Shown here: in pieces, positions 1 to 9,808 of the stretch
Numbering within the stretch: the stretch's first letter is position 1
How the letters are laid out: the number at the start of each line of letters is the position of its first letter
NCBI GenBank assembly: GCA_045863295.1
Contig: BTWA01000035.1
Location: 31,281-63,827, forward strand
Source: Candidatus Hydrogenedentota bacterium
GTDB lineage: Bacteria > Hydrogenedentota > Hydrogenedentia > Hydrogenedentales > SLHB01
DNA length: 32,547 bases
Direction: 5' to 3'
Notes under the pieces: model-generated
The model's input: only the letters and a program-made list of their open reading frames with translations
Told to the model about the DNA's origin: nothing
Databases searched by the model: none
Made by a program: the position numbers and the translations under genes

Positions 1-2
1 CG

Positions 3-191
3 GCAGATGCGGCAGCGGCTCCGGCAGATGCGGCAGCGGCTCCGGCAGATGCGGCGGCGGCTCCGGCAGATGCGGCAGCGGCTCCGGCAGATGCGGCAGC
101 GGCTCCGGCAGATGCAGCAGCGGCTCCGGCAGATGCGGCGGCGGCTCCAGCAGATGCGGCAGCGGCGGCGGCTCCAGCAGATGCGGCACCG
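3..191 (+). repeat. 21-bp coding tandem repeat GCAGATGCGGCAGCGGCTCCG, about 8.5 copies
   Basis: Seven 21-nt units (3-149), one 27-nt expanded unit (150-176) and a partial unit, with no spacers. Confidence 0.95.
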
Positions 192-203
192 GTAACGCCG
201 TGA
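3..203 (+). CDS. 3' end of a protein with an Ala/Pro/Asp-rich (ADAAAAP)n tail; 5'-truncated by the window edge
   Basis: Frame 3 reads ADAAAAP repeats then ADAAPVTP and TGA at 201-203. Substitutions between repeat units (gca/gcg, ccg/cca) are synonymous in this frame. Confidence 0.75.
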   Translation, partial: ADAAAAPADAAAAPADAAAAPADAAAAPADAAAAPADAAAAPADAAAAPADAAAAAAPADAAPVTP

Positions 204-244
204 GTGCGATAAACGTGTTGCATCCTGACTTTTGGTGAATCGCT

Positions 245-1357
245 ATGAAAGCGACGTGCACACGGGTAAGTCTCGCCCTTCTGATCTTTGTGGGTGCTGC
301 CACATCGCAAGAAGGCGTCGACACGTCGCGCAGAAATGCCATTGTACAGGCTATTGAGCGCGCTGCGCCGGGGGTCGTGTCCGTCAATGTTGTACAGGTG
401 GAGACGGTGCGGCCATTTCGAGGTCCGTTTGGGGATTTCTGGGAATTCTTCGACCTTCCCAATGCTCCGCAGCAGCGCACTCGCGAGCGGCATGTGCGAT
501 CCGTCGGCAGCGGATTCGTGTTTGACGCGCGCGGCTATATTATGACCAACTTCCATGTGCTGGAATCGTCCAGACCCGAGTCTGTCACGCTGCCGGATGG
601 ACGCACGATTGCCGTTGAATTGGCCGGGGTGGATGAACGGGCGGACATCGCCGTACTGCGGACACGTGAGCCGGGGTTGCAGGTAATTCCGCTGGGCAAT
701 TCGGACACCCTTTACACCGGCGAATGGACAATTGCGATCGGCAATCCATTTGGACCGTTGATGGATGATCCCCAGCCGACCGTGAGTGTGGGCGTGGTCT
801 CCGCGACAAATCGGCGGATTTCTCCGAGTGTGGCGCAGGGGGAACGGCTATATCAGAACATGATTCAGACAGACGCCGCCATTAATCCCGGCAATAGCGG
901 CGGGCCGCTAGTCAATGCACGGGGCGAGGTCATCGGCGTCAACACGATGATCTTTTCGCAGAGCGGCGGCAGCGTGGGTCTGGGATTTGCCATTCCGATC
1001 AACCGCGCAAAGCGTGTCGCGGAAGAGATTGTTGCGTATGGCCGCCGCCGGGATCCCTGGGCCGGATTTAAGGTCGAGGATGTGCAGAACATTCCTGATC
1101 AGTTGCGGCGGCAACATGGCATTGCGCTGGAAGAAGGCTGCCTTGTCGTCAATATCTTGACCACCTCGCCAGCGTATGAAGAGGGGTTGCGACCGGGCGA
1201 TGTAGTGACGGGCATTAATGGTCAGCGCGTGCGAATGGCTTCGGACATCGATTTTGTGATGTGGGATTTGTTTGTCGGGGATACTGTCGCATTGGATGTC
1301 ACCCGGGATGCCAAGCGTTTGTCCTTTGAATTCCCTGTGAAAGAATTGGAGCGGTAA
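245..1357 (+). CDS. HtrA/DegQ-family serine protease with one PDZ domain
   Basis: Signal peptide; GSGF, TNFHV (His), ADIAVL (Asp) and TDAAINPGNSGGPL (Ser); C-terminal PDZ (SPA..GLRPGDVV..ING). Confidence 0.95.
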   Translation: MKATCTRVSLALLIFVGAATSQEGVDTSRRNAIVQAIERAAPGVVSVNVVQVETVRPFRGPFGDFWEFFDLPNAPQQRTRERHVRSVGSGFVFDARGYIMTNFHVLESSRPESVTLPDGRTIAVELAGVDERADIAVLRTREPGLQVIPLGNSDTLYTGEWTIAIGNPFGPLMDDPQPTVSVGVVSATNRRISPSVAQGERLYQNMIQTDAAINPGNSGGPLVNARGEVIGVNTMIFSQSGGSVGLGFAIPINRAKRVAEEIVAYGRRRDPWAGFKVEDVQNIPDQLRRQHGIALEEGCLVVNILTTSPAYEEGLRPGDVVTGINGQRVRMASDIDFVMWDLFVGDTVALDVTRDAKRLSFEFPVKELER

Positions 1358-1395
1358 CGATCTGACATTTCACGAATTCGCACGGCGGCTTAGGG

Positions 1396-2463
1396 TTAGT
1401 TCAGCCATGCGTCCAGGTGTTGCAGCACAAAGGCATCGTCATTGAGATGGGGGTACGCCGCGTATACGCGGTCGATTTCTTCCATCTGACCGGGGGACAA
1501 CTCTTCATGAGAATCCAGGCAGCGGCGGTTGGCCATCAGACCCTGTCTCCTGAGCACTTCGTGTATACCGGCGATGCATCCGCGAAATCCGTTTGTGGCA
1601 TCGAAGAAGGCGGCGTTGGCATCGGTGACTTCAGCCGCCCGTGTCAGTAGTTCGCCGGGTACGTCTCCGCCGCGATCCAAGCAGCGGTGGCATGCTTGCA
1701 ATACATGCACCGCTTGTCGCGTCCAGCAGGCCCAGTGTCCCAGAAGTCCGCCGACCACGCGGAGATGAATCCGCTTGCCGTTGAGATTCACGCGAAAATC
1801 GGTCAACAGGTCGATGATGATATTGTCGTCGTTACCGGTGTAAAGGGCCACTTGGCCGGCGCGCCCGGATTCGGCCACGCCGCGAATAACGTCAAGCGTT
1901 TGGTAGCGATTGAAAGGGGCAAACTTGATGCCCACCAAGTTCTCTATACTTGCCAGTTCCCGCCAGAATTCCAGCGGCAAGAGCCGTCCGCCGACGGCTG
2001 GCTGAAGATAAAAGCCCATGATCGGCAGCACCTGCGCGACTTCACGGCAATGCATAATAAGTTCCGCGACGGTTTCGTCTCGCAGGGCGGCGAGGCTGAC
2101 GAGGGCGATGTCATAGCCTGTCTCTTTTAGAACAGCGGCTTCTGCTACGGCTTGCTTGGTGGGTCCGCAGACGCCGCCGATTTTAACCATTGGCCTGCCC
2201 GCATACTCTTCCACGGTTTCGGAGGCCAAGTGGAGCACCGGCTTGAAGAGGCCGATCTTGGGATCGCGTATTGCGAATTGCGTAGTGTGCACGGCGACAG
2301 CCAATCCTCCCGCACCCGCATCGCAGTAGTAGCGGGTGATGGCACGCTGACGTCGTTCGTCGAATTTTCCGTCGTCGGTCAAGGCCAACGGGTGTGCGGG
2401 TATGACGAGCCCGGATTTGAGGAGCTTGAACAGACTTGGATCCAACATGGGAAGAGTGCTCAT
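1396..2463 (-). CDS. Dihydrodipicolinate synthase (DapA/NanA)-like class I aldolase family protein
   Basis: VIPAHPLAL, VHTTQF, FYLQ and GIKFAPF (Schiff-base Lys position). Start reassigned to the ATG at 2463, which overlaps the upstream stop (TGATG). Confidence 0.85.
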   Translation of the reverse strand: MSTLPMLDPSLFKLLKSGLVIPAHPLALTDDGKFDERRQRAITRYYCDAGAGGLAVAVHTTQFAIRDPKIGLFKPVLHLASETVEEYAGRPMVKIGGVCGPTKQAVAEAAVLKETGYDIALVSLAALRDETVAELIMHCREVAQVLPIMGFYLQPAVGGRLLPLEFWRELASIENLVGIKFAPFNRYQTLDVIRGVAESGRAGQVALYTGNDDNIIIDLLTDFRVNLNGKRIHLRVVGGLLGHWACWTRQAVHVLQACHRCLDRGGDVPGELLTRAAEVTDANAAFFDATNGFRGCIAGIHEVLRRQGLMANRRCLDSHEELSPGQMEEIDRVYAAYPHLNDDAFVLQHLDAWLN

Positions 2464-3494
2464 CAGAAATTTCCGTTTCGCACCTGGAAATGCGTTGGCT
2501 TGCCGAGCGTGCTGCCTCCAGCGGCGATCCAGTCCGCGATGAGACCGATTGCGGCATCGGCGGTAACGGACGGCTTTCCGTAGAGACGATGGCATAGGGA
2601 GGCGTCGCTCAACAGGGCCGTGGGCGCTTCTTCGTTCATGAAGAGCGGTTCCTTGTCAAAACAGCGTCCAAACGCGGTTGCGACGTCCCTCACTGCGAGG
2701 ATTTCGGGCCCGGCAATGTTCAGAATGGCAGGTGGAGAAGCCGCCAAAGCAAAGCTGCGCAGGGCAACCGAATTGGCATAGCCTTGCCACACTACGTTGA
2801 CATGGCCCATGGCAAGGTCAATGGGCAATCCCTGCCAGACTTGCATGGCAATGTCTAACAACACGCCATACCGGGGTTCGACGGCGTAATTCAATCGCAG
2901 GTGCACGACCTTTGTTCCGTAAGCGTGGGAAGCAAAGTCAAACATGCGCTCTCGGCCCAGCGCGGACATGGCGTATTCGCCGACCGGGGCTGGCGGCGTA
3001 CTTTCGTTGGCGCCTCCCGAATCGACCGGCACGAGGGGATAGACATTTCCGCTGGAGAAGGCGGCAATCCTGGCATGGCGAAAGCGCTCGGCCACGCGGC
3101 CCGCGACATACACGTTCGTAGCCCACGTATTCCATTCCGCACCGGACGAGCCGAACTTTCGCCCGACCATGTAGAGTACGTTGGGCAGGTCCGGCAGCGT
3201 ATCCACGGCGCCGGGCTGTAGCAAGTCGCAGGGAATCGTCTTAATATCGAAGCGATGCAGGTGGTCGCGCAAACTGGAATTGGAAAATGACGAGACGGCC
3301 ACAATTGGGAAGTTGAGACCTGCTTGTTGCCGCGCTTTCGCCGCGAGCATCGCCAGGGTAGGCCCCATCTTTCCGCCCGCGCCAAGAATCAACAGGCCGC
3401 CGTCAAGATCTCGCGCGGCGTCCACGTCGCCTGCAGCGGGTGTGCTCAGACGGTCTTCCAGCCATTCGATGGTTGAGTTCGATTCGTCGGTCAC
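2463..3494 (-). CDS. NAD-dependent epimerase/dehydratase (extended SDR-like)
   Basis: Rossmann motif LILGAGGKMG, FSSGNVY, GEYAMS and LRLNYA. Confidence 0.85.
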   Translation of the reverse strand: MTDESNSTIEWLEDRLSTPAAGDVDAARDLDGGLLILGAGGKMGPTLAMLAAKARQQAGLNFPIVAVSSFSNSSLRDHLHRFDIKTIPCDLLQPGAVDTLPDLPNVLYMVGRKFGSSGAEWNTWATNVYVAGRVAERFRHARIAAFSSGNVYPLVPVDSGGANESTPPAPVGEYAMSALGRERMFDFASHAYGTKVVHLRLNYAVEPRYGVLLDIAMQVWQGLPIDLAMGHVNVVWQGYANSVALRSFALAASPPAILNIAGPEILAVRDVATAFGRCFDKEPLFMNEEAPTALLSDASLCHRLYGKPSVTADAAIGLIADWIAAGGSTLGKPTHFQVRNGNF

Positions 3495-3599
3495 GCAAGG
3501 GCTTCTTTCACATTAGGCCGTGGGGCACCGTGGAAGTTGGAGGGTATTTTGCCACGGAGTGCGCCGTCCAGCAAAACCGGAGGAGTATGCAGACGCGGT

Positions 3600-5942
3600 C
3601 TAGCCGTCCAACAACGACCGTACGTTTTCAGTCAACGCGCCCAACTTGAACGGCTTCGACAAAAAGCGGACGTTTTTACTTTGAAGGATATCCTCGTCCA
3701 GGTTGTCGACGCCGTATCCACTGGCAATCAGGCAACGTATGTCGGGATCGATGCGGCCCAACTCCGCCAAGGCAGCTATTCCGCCCATTCCCGGCATGAT
3801 GATGTCGAGCACTATGAGGCGTATGTCGCCTTGATGCGATTGATACAGCAAGAGCGCTTCTTCCCCGGTGGCAGCTTCCAGCACGCGGTATCCGCGCTCC
3901 TCCAGGGCTTCTTTGATGAACGAACGCACCACGTCCTCGTCGTCGACGATGAGGATGGTTTCGTTGCCGCCTCCGGCGGCTTGCCCCGTAACTTCGCCGG
4001 AGTCGGCAGGGGTTTCGGTCCGCCCGATGGACGGCAGATATATACAGATTCGCGTGCCTTGGCCCGGTTCCGTGTCCAATTCGATGGCGCCTTCATGCGA
4101 TTGAACAATGCCGTATACCACGGACATGCCGAGGCCGTACGCCTTGCCGGGCTGTTTGGTCGAAAAGAAGGGATCGAATATCTTCTGGCGCACATCGGGC
4201 GTCATGCCGCACCCGTTGTCTTCCACGCTGAGACAGACGTAGCGGCCCGGTTTTTTCAGGTTTCTTTCCCGGGCGGCGTCCAAATCCAGTTCGCGCATAT
4301 AGGTTGCGACCTTGATCATTCCTCCCGTCTGTACTGCGTCACGCGCATTGATGCACAAATTCATAAGAATCTGTTGCAACTGAACCGGCTCGCCGAATAC
4401 GGCATCCAATTGGGTGCTCCGCTCGAAGGTCACTTTGATGTCCTGGCCAATGCTGCTGGATAGCAGGCTGACGTTTTCGTCAATGACGGCATTCAGATCC
4501 ACCGCCTTGCGCGCGGGCTCGCCACCTCGCGCAAAGGCGAGCAATTGGTGCGTCAGATCGGCTGCGCGCTGGGCGGATTCTTCAATGGCCGCCATGTGGC
4601 GGCTTAGCGCGGTATCCGGCTCGACCTCCATTCGTGCCACGCCCGCGTATCCCATGACTGCCGCGAGGAGGTTATTGAAATCGTGCGCGATGCCACGTGC
4701 CAACCGTCCGATGCTTTCCATCTTTTGCGCTTCGAACAATCTGGCTTGTAGTTGTTCGCGTTCTGTAATATCGACCACCACCCCCGCGGCCGCTACGATT
4801 TCGCCGTCATCTCCGAATACGGGAGAGATTGCAACGTTGCAGACATTCACTTCGTCATCGCTTCGGTAAATGCGCAGATTGTGAAATTCTACCTGTTCGC
4901 CGAGAACGAGGACATGATGGGTAAGTCGATCCGCAAACGGCACTTCATCGCGCAGCAACACACGTTGCAGATATTCCAGATCCGTTTCCTTAATCTGATC
5001 CAGCGACAGGCCGGTGATTATGGCAACGCGGGCATTGTATTCCAGCACGGACAAATCCCGAGCAATGACGAACAGGCCGACGTCGACTTCTTGCAGCGCC
5101 CTGGACAGCAGGTTTCTCGAGGCGATCAATTCATGCAATGTGCGGGTCCGTTCTTCGACCTCCTGCACGACCACGCTAATGCCCGCAGGCATACCCCGGC
5201 TGTCGGTAACTTGGGAAAATGAAGCCTCACCCAAAACGCGATCGTGGTTTTTGGTGCGGAGCGCCGTGGCGATGTTCTTCAGGTCACCGTGCCGCGCGAT
5301 GTACTCGTGAATCGTGCCGCATTCCTGCCAGGGACGAAATGCGAACAAATCCTCAATATGCTTGCCCACGGCATCGGCCGGTTCGTAGCCAAATAGCCGT
5401 TGGGCGCCCTTATTCCAGGTCAGAATGACTCCTTTGTGGTCGCATCCGAAGACGGCCTGATTGGCCATGTCCGCCACGCGCGCCAGAAACAGACTGGCCT
5501 GGTGCAATGCCTTGTATCTGTGGTGTTCCTCAATGGCGTGATTGCGAAGCCGGTTGAGTTCGTAAGCGAGCATTAACATGGAAAGCAAGATGCAGGTAAG
5601 CGCCATGCTTTCGGGGACATTAAAGAAATGGTGTTGCCAGGGCCACGCCTTGTCGAACAGGCGAATCGTTTCCCCGGAGAACACCTCTTCGGCGAAATCC
5701 AGGGAACGGACCCACACTTCCAGCAGGGTGCCGAAATAGAACAAGCCCTGGGTATAAGCGCTGGTAGCCACGTAGCGTACGATGTAGCAGGCCCCTCCCA
5801 AGATAAGCAGGGTACCCGCCAGTTCGCACAAGTCGCCCACAACATAACTGTCATTGACTCGGTTGGCGGCGTACGATAGCCAGAAGACCACCACGCCAAG
5901 GACGATGGCAAGGACAGATGCCGGCGAGAAGCGTTTGCGCAT
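3600..5942 (-). CDS. Membrane-bound hybrid sensor histidine kinase (TM-PAS-PAS-HisKA-HATPase-REC), CckA-like
   Basis: N-terminal hydrophobic helices; PAS (WNKGAQRLFGY); H-box GIAHDFNNLL; NLCINARDA, DNGCGM, FDPFFSTK and GLGM boxes; receiver ILIVDDE..LDIIMP..KPF. Confidence 0.93.
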   Translation of the reverse strand: MRKRFSPASVLAIVLGVVVFWLSYAANRVNDSYVVGDLCELAGTLLILGGACYIVRYVATSAYTQGLFYFGTLLEVWVRSLDFAEEVFSGETIRLFDKAWPWQHHFFNVPESMALTCILLSMLMLAYELNRLRNHAIEEHHRYKALHQASLFLARVADMANQAVFGCDHKGVILTWNKGAQRLFGYEPADAVGKHIEDLFAFRPWQECGTIHEYIARHGDLKNIATALRTKNHDRVLGEASFSQVTDSRGMPAGISVVVQEVEERTRTLHELIASRNLLSRALQEVDVGLFVIARDLSVLEYNARVAIITGLSLDQIKETDLEYLQRVLLRDEVPFADRLTHHVLVLGEQVEFHNLRIYRSDDEVNVCNVAISPVFGDDGEIVAAAGVVVDITEREQLQARLFEAQKMESIGRLARGIAHDFNNLLAAVMGYAGVARMEVEPDTALSRHMAAIEESAQRAADLTHQLLAFARGGEPARKAVDLNAVIDENVSLLSSSIGQDIKVTFERSTQLDAVFGEPVQLQQILMNLCINARDAVQTGGMIKVATYMRELDLDAARERNLKKPGRYVCLSVEDNGCGMTPDVRQKIFDPFFSTKQPGKAYGLGMSVVYGIVQSHEGAIELDTEPGQGTRICIYLPSIGRTETPADSGEVTGQAAGGGNETILIVDDEDVVRSFIKEALEERGYRVLEAATGEEALLLYQSHQGDIRLIVLDIIMPGMGGIAALAELGRIDPDIRCLIASGYGVDNLDEDILQSKNVRFLSKPFKLGALTENVRSLLDG

Positions 5943-6149
5943 TTCAGTTCCCCGAGGGCCGACGCAAGCGAGAGTACAATGATACCAGAGTACTCAATTT
6001 GCTAAATTTTCTCCACTCTGGCAAGAATCAGGGTGTTGTTTACGTCTGGCGGGTGCTACGACTACAATGCGTGCCGATCTGCCCCCCAAGGAGAATCGTG
6101 CCTCGACCCAAGGGGGCTTTGCGGCCGAATGGATGCGGGAGGAGGTGTC

Positions 6150-7175
6150 ATGAAGCAATATCGAGTGGGTGTCGCTGGAACGGGTTGGGTATCCGGCGAA
6201 CACATCAAGGCCTTTGAGTCCCATGCCCAAGCCCAGGTGGTCGCCCTTTGCGGTCGCACGGCCGAGGGAACCAAAGCGAAAGCGGCTGAATACGGCATCG
6301 AATGCGCCATTTACACTGATTTTGAAAAGATGTTGGGGCATGAGGGTATCGACATCGTCGCGATTGCGACTCCTCCGCATGTTCACCGGGAGCAGGCCGT
6401 GGCGGCAGTCCAAGCGGGCAAGCACCTTATGTTGGAGAAGGCGATGGCCACATCGGTGGAGGACGCCAAAGCCATACGAGATGCCGTGGCGAAAGCCGGG
6501 GTGAAATCCGTAGTCAGTTTTGTGCTTCGTTGGAATCCCCTGTTCGAGATTATTAAGACCCAGTTGGCCGACGACGCGATTGGAAGCCTTATCCTGGGAG
6601 AGGTCGACTATTTTCATGGCATCGGCCCCTGGTACAAGCAGTTTGCCTGGAACATCAAAAGAGAGATCGGGGTGAGTTCGTTGCTGTCGGCGGGATGTCA
6701 TGCGATGGATGCCCTGCGTTGGTTCATGGGGGGCGAGGTTGTCGAGGTGTTTCAATACGCCACGCATGGCAAGGGCCCGGATTTCAAAGTGTACGAATAC
6801 CCGCCCACGACATGCACGTTGGTGAAGTTTTCGGACGGACGGGTTGGCAAGGTTGCGTCCAGCATCGAATGCGTACAGCCCTACGTTTTCAACATCAATT
6901 TGGTGGGTTCGCACGGAACCATTAAGAACAACTTGTTGTACTCGCGCAAGAAGCTGCCCGGCCAGACCGGTTGGGCGACCATTCCCACTATCTTGCCGGA
7001 CAGCGGCGATGTGACGCATCATCCTTTTGTGCATGAAGTGGCGCATTTGATTGATTGCATTGAATCGGGAAAGGAATCCCACTGCAACGTGGGCGATGCG
7101 TACAAGTCGCACGAGGTTTGTTTTGCGGCGGATCTTTCTGGACAAGAAGGCCGGCCCGTGAAGCTGCCGCTCTAG
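6150..7175 (+). CDS. Gfo/Idh/MocA family oxidoreductase
   Basis: GVAGTGW, IATPPHVH, GKHLMLEK and GCHAMD motifs. ATG at 6150 follows a GGAGGAGG RBS. Confidence 0.9.
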   Translation: MKQYRVGVAGTGWVSGEHIKAFESHAQAQVVALCGRTAEGTKAKAAEYGIECAIYTDFEKMLGHEGIDIVAIATPPHVHREQAVAAVQAGKHLMLEKAMATSVEDAKAIRDAVAKAGVKSVVSFVLRWNPLFEIIKTQLADDAIGSLILGEVDYFHGIGPWYKQFAWNIKREIGVSSLLSAGCHAMDALRWFMGGEVVEVFQYATHGKGPDFKVYEYPPTTCTLVKFSDGRVGKVASSIECVQPYVFNINLVGSHGTIKNNLLYSRKKLPGQTGWATIPTILPDSGDVTHHPFVHEVAHLIDCIESGKESHCNVGDAYKSHEVCFAADLSGQEGRPVKLPL

Positions 7176-7178
7176 TCC

Positions 7179-8123
7179 ATGAAGCGGTTCCTTGCCAAAC
7201 ACTCGCCTCTGGTCTTGCTGGCGGTTCTTTGCATTGTGCTGGGTTTTGTGTCGGAGAATTTTCGCACGCCGCACAATCTTCAACTGGTATCGCTCCGCAC
7301 ATGTGTGGTGGCGATTATTGCCGCCGGCCAGTTGTTGGTCATACTGACCGCGGGCATTGACTTGTCGGTTGGGAGCGTAGCAGCGCTGGCCAACGTGGTG
7401 GCGGCGCTCAGCATGAAAGAAGCCGGGGTGCCGGTGGAAATCGCCGTGATATTGGGATCGGCGGTGGGGATGATTTGCGGGACGGTGAATGGCGTCTTGA
7501 TCACGCTGGGCAGGATTCCGCCGTTTATCGTGACGTTGGGCATGATGATGGTGGCGCGTGGACTCGCGATGCTCATCACGGACGCAACTCCGATCTATAC
7601 CCTTCCCGATCGCTTCGACTATCTGGGTGGCACGCGCGGGTGGTGGATACCCGTGATAATCGCGTGTGCCATCATTGCGATTATCACGGTGATGTTGTCA
7701 CTGACTCGATTTGGCCGGAGCTTGTACGCAATCGGAGGGAACCTTTCCGCGGCGCGATTGTCCGGCATCAGTGTGGATGCGTTGCGCGTGGCCGCCTATG
7801 CCTTGTGCGGGCTCTCGGCGGGCTTTGCCGGGGTCATGCTGTCATCGCAAGTAGGTATGGGCGATCCCAATGCCGGGCAAGGGTACGAACTGGACTCCAT
7901 TGCCGCGTGTGTGATCGGCGGCACGAGTCTGATGGGAGGCGAAGGCACGGCCGTTGGTGCGCTGGCCGGCGCGCTCATCATGAACGTGCTGGTGAATTTC
8001 TGCAACCTGAACAATATCAACGTCTATTGGCAGCAGGTACTGGTGGGGTCGCTGATTGTCGCGCTCGTGTTTTACGACAATTACAGAAAGCACAAGGCGG
8101 GGCTTGTACAAGGCGGAAAGTGA
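7179..8123 (+). CDS. Sugar ABC transporter permease (RbsC/BPD_transp_2 family)
   Basis: ILTAGIDLSVGS, IPPFIVTLG, TRFGRSLYAIGGN..AARLSGI and YELDSIAACVIGGTSLMGGEG motifs. Confidence 0.93.
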   Translation: MKRFLAKHSPLVLLAVLCIVLGFVSENFRTPHNLQLVSLRTCVVAIIAAGQLLVILTAGIDLSVGSVAALANVVAALSMKEAGVPVEIAVILGSAVGMICGTVNGVLITLGRIPPFIVTLGMMMVARGLAMLITDATPIYTLPDRFDYLGGTRGWWIPVIIACAIIAIITVMLSLTRFGRSLYAIGGNLSAARLSGISVDALRVAAYALCGLSAGFAGVMLSSQVGMGDPNAGQGYELDSIAACVIGGTSLMGGEGTAVGALAGALIMNVLVNFCNLNNINVYWQQVLVGSLIVALVFYDNYRKHKAGLVQGGK

Positions 8124-8131
8124 CGTCTGGC

Positions 8132-8512
8132 TTACGCGTCCGGGTACATGTCAGGGCGAAGACCGATGTTGACAATGCTGCATGCCTGAATTGCGTTGAG
8201 CCCCTTCGATCGGGCTGCTTGTATCACTTGCGCGTCTTCCGATCCTGGGTTAAAGAAAACCTCACCTGGATTCTTTTCGGCAATGGCATCCAGCAAGGTC
8301 AGTCCGACCTTTGGAGGCACATAGAGAGAGACTCTATCCACGGAATCCGGCACGTGCTCGATGGACTTATATGCAGGAATCCCTTCCACTTCATCGGCTG
8401 CGGGGTTCACAGGAAATACCGTCCACCCGCCGTCACGAAAAGCCCGAACGGCCTTGTTGCCGTACTTTTTTCTATCCGTGGAAGCTCCGATAATGGCAAT
8501 TGTTTTCCCCAT
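8132..8512 (-). CDS. CoA-binding protein (YccU-like)
   Basis: KTIAIIGAS..KYG, VFPVNP and FFNPG motifs. ATG at 8512 has a CAGGAG RBS. Confidence 0.88.
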   Translation of the reverse strand: MGKTIAIIGASTDRKKYGNKAVRAFRDGGWTVFPVNPAADEVEGIPAYKSIEHVPDSVDRVSLYVPPKVGLTLLDAIAEKNPGEVFFNPGSEDAQVIQAARSKGLNAIQACSIVNIGLRPDMYPDA

Positions 8513-8546
8513 TATTTCCGTCTCCTGTGAAATCCAATCGATCATC

Positions 8547-8574
8547 AAAAAACGCCCAAGCCAAGGCTTGGGCG
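8547..8574 (-). terminator. Rho-independent terminator after the prepilin-type gene
   Basis: Minus strand CGCCCAAGCC-TT-GGCTTGGGCG followed by TTTTTT, about 25 nt after the stop at 8599. Confidence 0.85.
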
Positions 8575-8598
8575 CAGTTTAGTGTCCGAATCAGGCGT

Positions 8599-9501
8599 TT
8601 ACTTCACGCGTTCAATGATGGGTCCGTACACATTGACCCGTCCGTTCGGCGGCACGCCGGCACCCGGTTGAATATCTTCAAGTGCCCGGCCTTCCTGCAA
8701 CCGCGTCTGCGAGCGGTAGTCAAAATCCAGCTCACTATTGCCATTGAGGTCGCGGGTGGCAAAGTAATAGGCGCGAAGGGCCAGCAAATAGTATTGATGG
8801 TCGACCCGTTGCGTGGCGTCCGGATACGAACTGAGGTACGCTGCCTCGTCCGGCGGAGTGAGAATGCCGGCTGTGTTCTCGCCCGGCCCCATGCACAGGA
8901 GCACTGCTTCATCCAGCCGCGGAGGCGGCAGGCTGTTGAATGTCAAGCCGGCGGGCCATGTTTGGCCGTTCCATACGCCGCCGCTCTCCACGGCACGGCG
9001 GAACTTGTCGATATGTTGTGAATAAACCGCGATGTAAACCAGCGGACGTTGTGAACCCAGTTCCGGCCCAATGGGAGGACGCGGGGTATCGAACAGGGTC
9101 GCGTCGCCGTCTACACTCAGCGGCGAATACTCCAGTCTGGTAATGGTGCCGTTGCCATCGGTGTCATACTGCGTTGCGAAAAGATCGTAGATATCCGTCA
9201 CACCGAATAGTTTGATATCAGAGAGGTACGAGGTGAGTTTGATGACATAGGGCGGATCGCCCGGTTTCGGATTCAACGTGCGCCGCTGAAATCCGTAGGG
9301 CAGCGGATAGCTTTGATTTTCGGTAAAGTACTGTTGAAGGGTCGTGGACACGTTGCGCATGTCCGCAACCACCCGCCCAACTTTGGCCTTTTCCAGAGCT
9401 CGCGGAAGCGCCACGGCGACAATCCCGGCCAGGATGGCGATGATGGCTATCACCGTAAGCAATTCTACGAGCGTAAAGCCCTGTCTCGGCGCGGGTTTCA
9501 T
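8599..9501 (-). CDS. Prepilin-type N-terminal cleavage/methylation domain protein (pseudopilin-like)
   Basis: RQG^FTLVELLTVIAIIAILAGIV class III signal, then ALEKAK..ADMRNV..LQQY. ATG 9501 is best spaced from the AGGGGAG RBS (9510 is an alternative). Confidence 0.85.
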   Translation of the reverse strand: MKPAPRQGFTLVELLTVIAIIAILAGIVAVALPRALEKAKVGRVVADMRNVSTTLQQYFTENQSYPLPYGFQRRTLNPKPGDPPYVIKLTSYLSDIKLFGVTDIYDLFATQYDTDGNGTITRLEYSPLSVDGDATLFDTPRPPIGPELGSQRPLVYIAVYSQHIDKFRRAVESGGVWNGQTWPAGLTFNSLPPPRLDEAVLLCMGPGENTAGILTPPDEAAYLSSYPDATQRVDHQYYLLALRAYYFATRDLNGNSELDFDYRSQTRLQEGRALEDIQPGAGVPPNGRVNVYGPIIERVK

Positions 9502-9808
9502 GTTGCGCATCTCCCCTTCGTCAGCCACAGCCACTCTGGATCGATGATACCATGCGCGGGGAAGACCGTCAAATGATAACCTTGAAAGAAGCCTGTTAGA
9601 TTGCGTAGGATCAGGGCTTACAGCAGTGTGTGCAATCTGATAATTCTTCTTTTATCTACACCCTTGTCACGCCAGTAGTTTGCCCGACTGCGGGATTCGC
9701 CAGAATCATGGGACTTGCAGGGCATATGATGTCGCCCGATTGGGCGCGTAGTTTGGTACACGGTGTGGAAAACCAGCCCCGATTTCTTGGGTTGAGACGA
9801 GCCAACAA

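Noticed and set aside
1..191. Repeat as a CRISPR array
   Set aside because: Head-to-tail units with no unique spacers, and no cas genes.
7..195. ORF-track peptide (MRQRLRQ)n
   Set aside because: Wrong frame of the repeat: unit variants are non-synonymous here and synonymous in frame 3.
5994..7283. 429-aa minus-strand ORF (likewise 3537-4463, 7475-8530 and 11863-12717)
   Set aside because: Antisense or off-frame shadows of well-supported genes in GC-rich DNA, with no motifs.
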